The notes beneath the pieces are model-generated. The model worked only from the letters and a program-made list of their open reading frames with translations, did not search any database and was not told where the DNA came from. The position numbers were made by a program, and so were the translations under genes. Below are positions 63,043-64,000 of a stretch of 64,000 bases of DNA, in pieces; positions within the stretch are counted from its first letter, which is position 1, and each line of letters begins with the position of its first letter. The DNA lies in contig NC_068995.1 of assembly GCF_001194135.2 (NCBI RefSeq), forward strand, positions 15,086,417-15,150,416, given 5' to 3'. Origin of the DNA: Octopus bimaculoides (taxonomy: Eukaryota).

Positions 63043-63404
63043 GTTAGTCAATGTCTTTTTTTTTTTTGCATCTAAGACTAGGATTGTTGTTGTTTGATAT
63101 TTTGTGTCATTTCATTGGATAGTGTTACACAGCAGTGACATTGTTTATGTCTTGTGTAAATGAAAATCCTGTCAGCTCAGTAGTTCACTATGCAATGACA
63201 CAGAGCAAAAATACTTTACATGGAAGCAAATATGGGTTGATATGAGGAAGAGTGTCTGGCTATAGACCACTGTATCAAGAAGTCTGGTCCAACCCATGCC
63301 AGCATGGAAAAGCAGGCATAAAATTAATGATGGTGATGATGATAATGATGATGATATTCATCAACAGATATGATCTTGTAACCATTTTTCCTTTCTGTTT
63401 CCAG

Positions 63405-63497
63405 AGTATTCCAAGGGAACTTTACGGTCCAACAATGGTCATTTTTACCCTTATAGCTCTTCTGCTGTTCCAAATGAAGTCCTCAGGACATCAAGTG
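63405..63497 (+). CDS. YIPF3: YIPF3 coding exon 7 (Yip1 domain; gene continues beyond the window)
   Basis: SIPRELYGPTMVIFTLIALLLFQMKSSGHQV, with the Yip1-family ELYGP motif. Confidence 0.96.
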
Positions 63498-64000
63498 GTA
63501 AGACAATGTTTGTTTTGTTTCAATAAATGTGTTAACATTAACTTATAGTGTTTCAGGTGAACGTTGTCTCTGAATTATTTGATATCTAAATGATTCAATA
63601 TTTCTATGCCAACAAATGTACATTTACTTAGTGATTCAACTACAATGAAGATGATGCTTTGCTGATGAGATCAAAATATACTGAAACTGGTTCAGTGTTG
63701 TCTCCCATACTTGCTGCAAAAAAAAAAAAAACCCAAACAGTGTTAGACATTGACTAATTTCTGTTGTTACATTACCACATATGAATTTTTAGTTAAATCT
63801 TTAATGTTCTAAGCATTGAGAAATTTGTTTATTAATTTTGATTGTATAAAATACTTTTGCCAACCAGAATAGATAAAGGATTATCAAAGTTCTTTAATGA
63901 AGACTAGATTTTAAAAAAAAAATGTATTAAATTTACTAATTGATACCAATCTCTCAGTCAGCTTCATCTTAACCAAAGCTATTTTCTATTTATTGTTTGC

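Noticed and set aside
63655-63700. CTGATGA...GAAACTGGTT motif in a YIPF3 intron
   Set aside because: Stem II and stem I do not pair, and it is too short for a C/D snoRNA.

Overview
AT-rich, repeat-dense animal genomic DNA with assembly gaps. The repeat families and composition look cephalopod (Octopus-like); this is inferred, not proven. Three spliced genes were reconstructed by hand from GT-AG exons whose phases all agree. RPL39 (+; 3 coding exons, 11597-18967) is complete at 51 aa. RFWD3 (-; 13 coding exons, 43793-20061; RING, coiled coil, WD40) has an N-terminal exon made of a 30-bp coding tandem repeat. The 5' part of YIPF3 (+; 7 exons, 47954-63497) runs off the window and lies head-to-head with RFWD3. 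RPL39 intron 1 holds three tandem C/D-box snoRNAs carrying the U38/SNORD38-type guide, one with a 3-nt guide deletion. An RFWD3 intron holds a minimal type I hammerhead ribozyme at the tip of a long fold-back; related fold-back or decayed remnants lie at about 6.7 kb, 3.3 kb and 22 kb. The rest is tRNA-derived SINEs, RTE-LINE remnants, a decayed mariner, and pogo, hAT, piggyBac and Merlin-like MITEs, several of them clustered at the two promoters. Most ORFs in the supplied track are repeat- or gap-derived artefacts.
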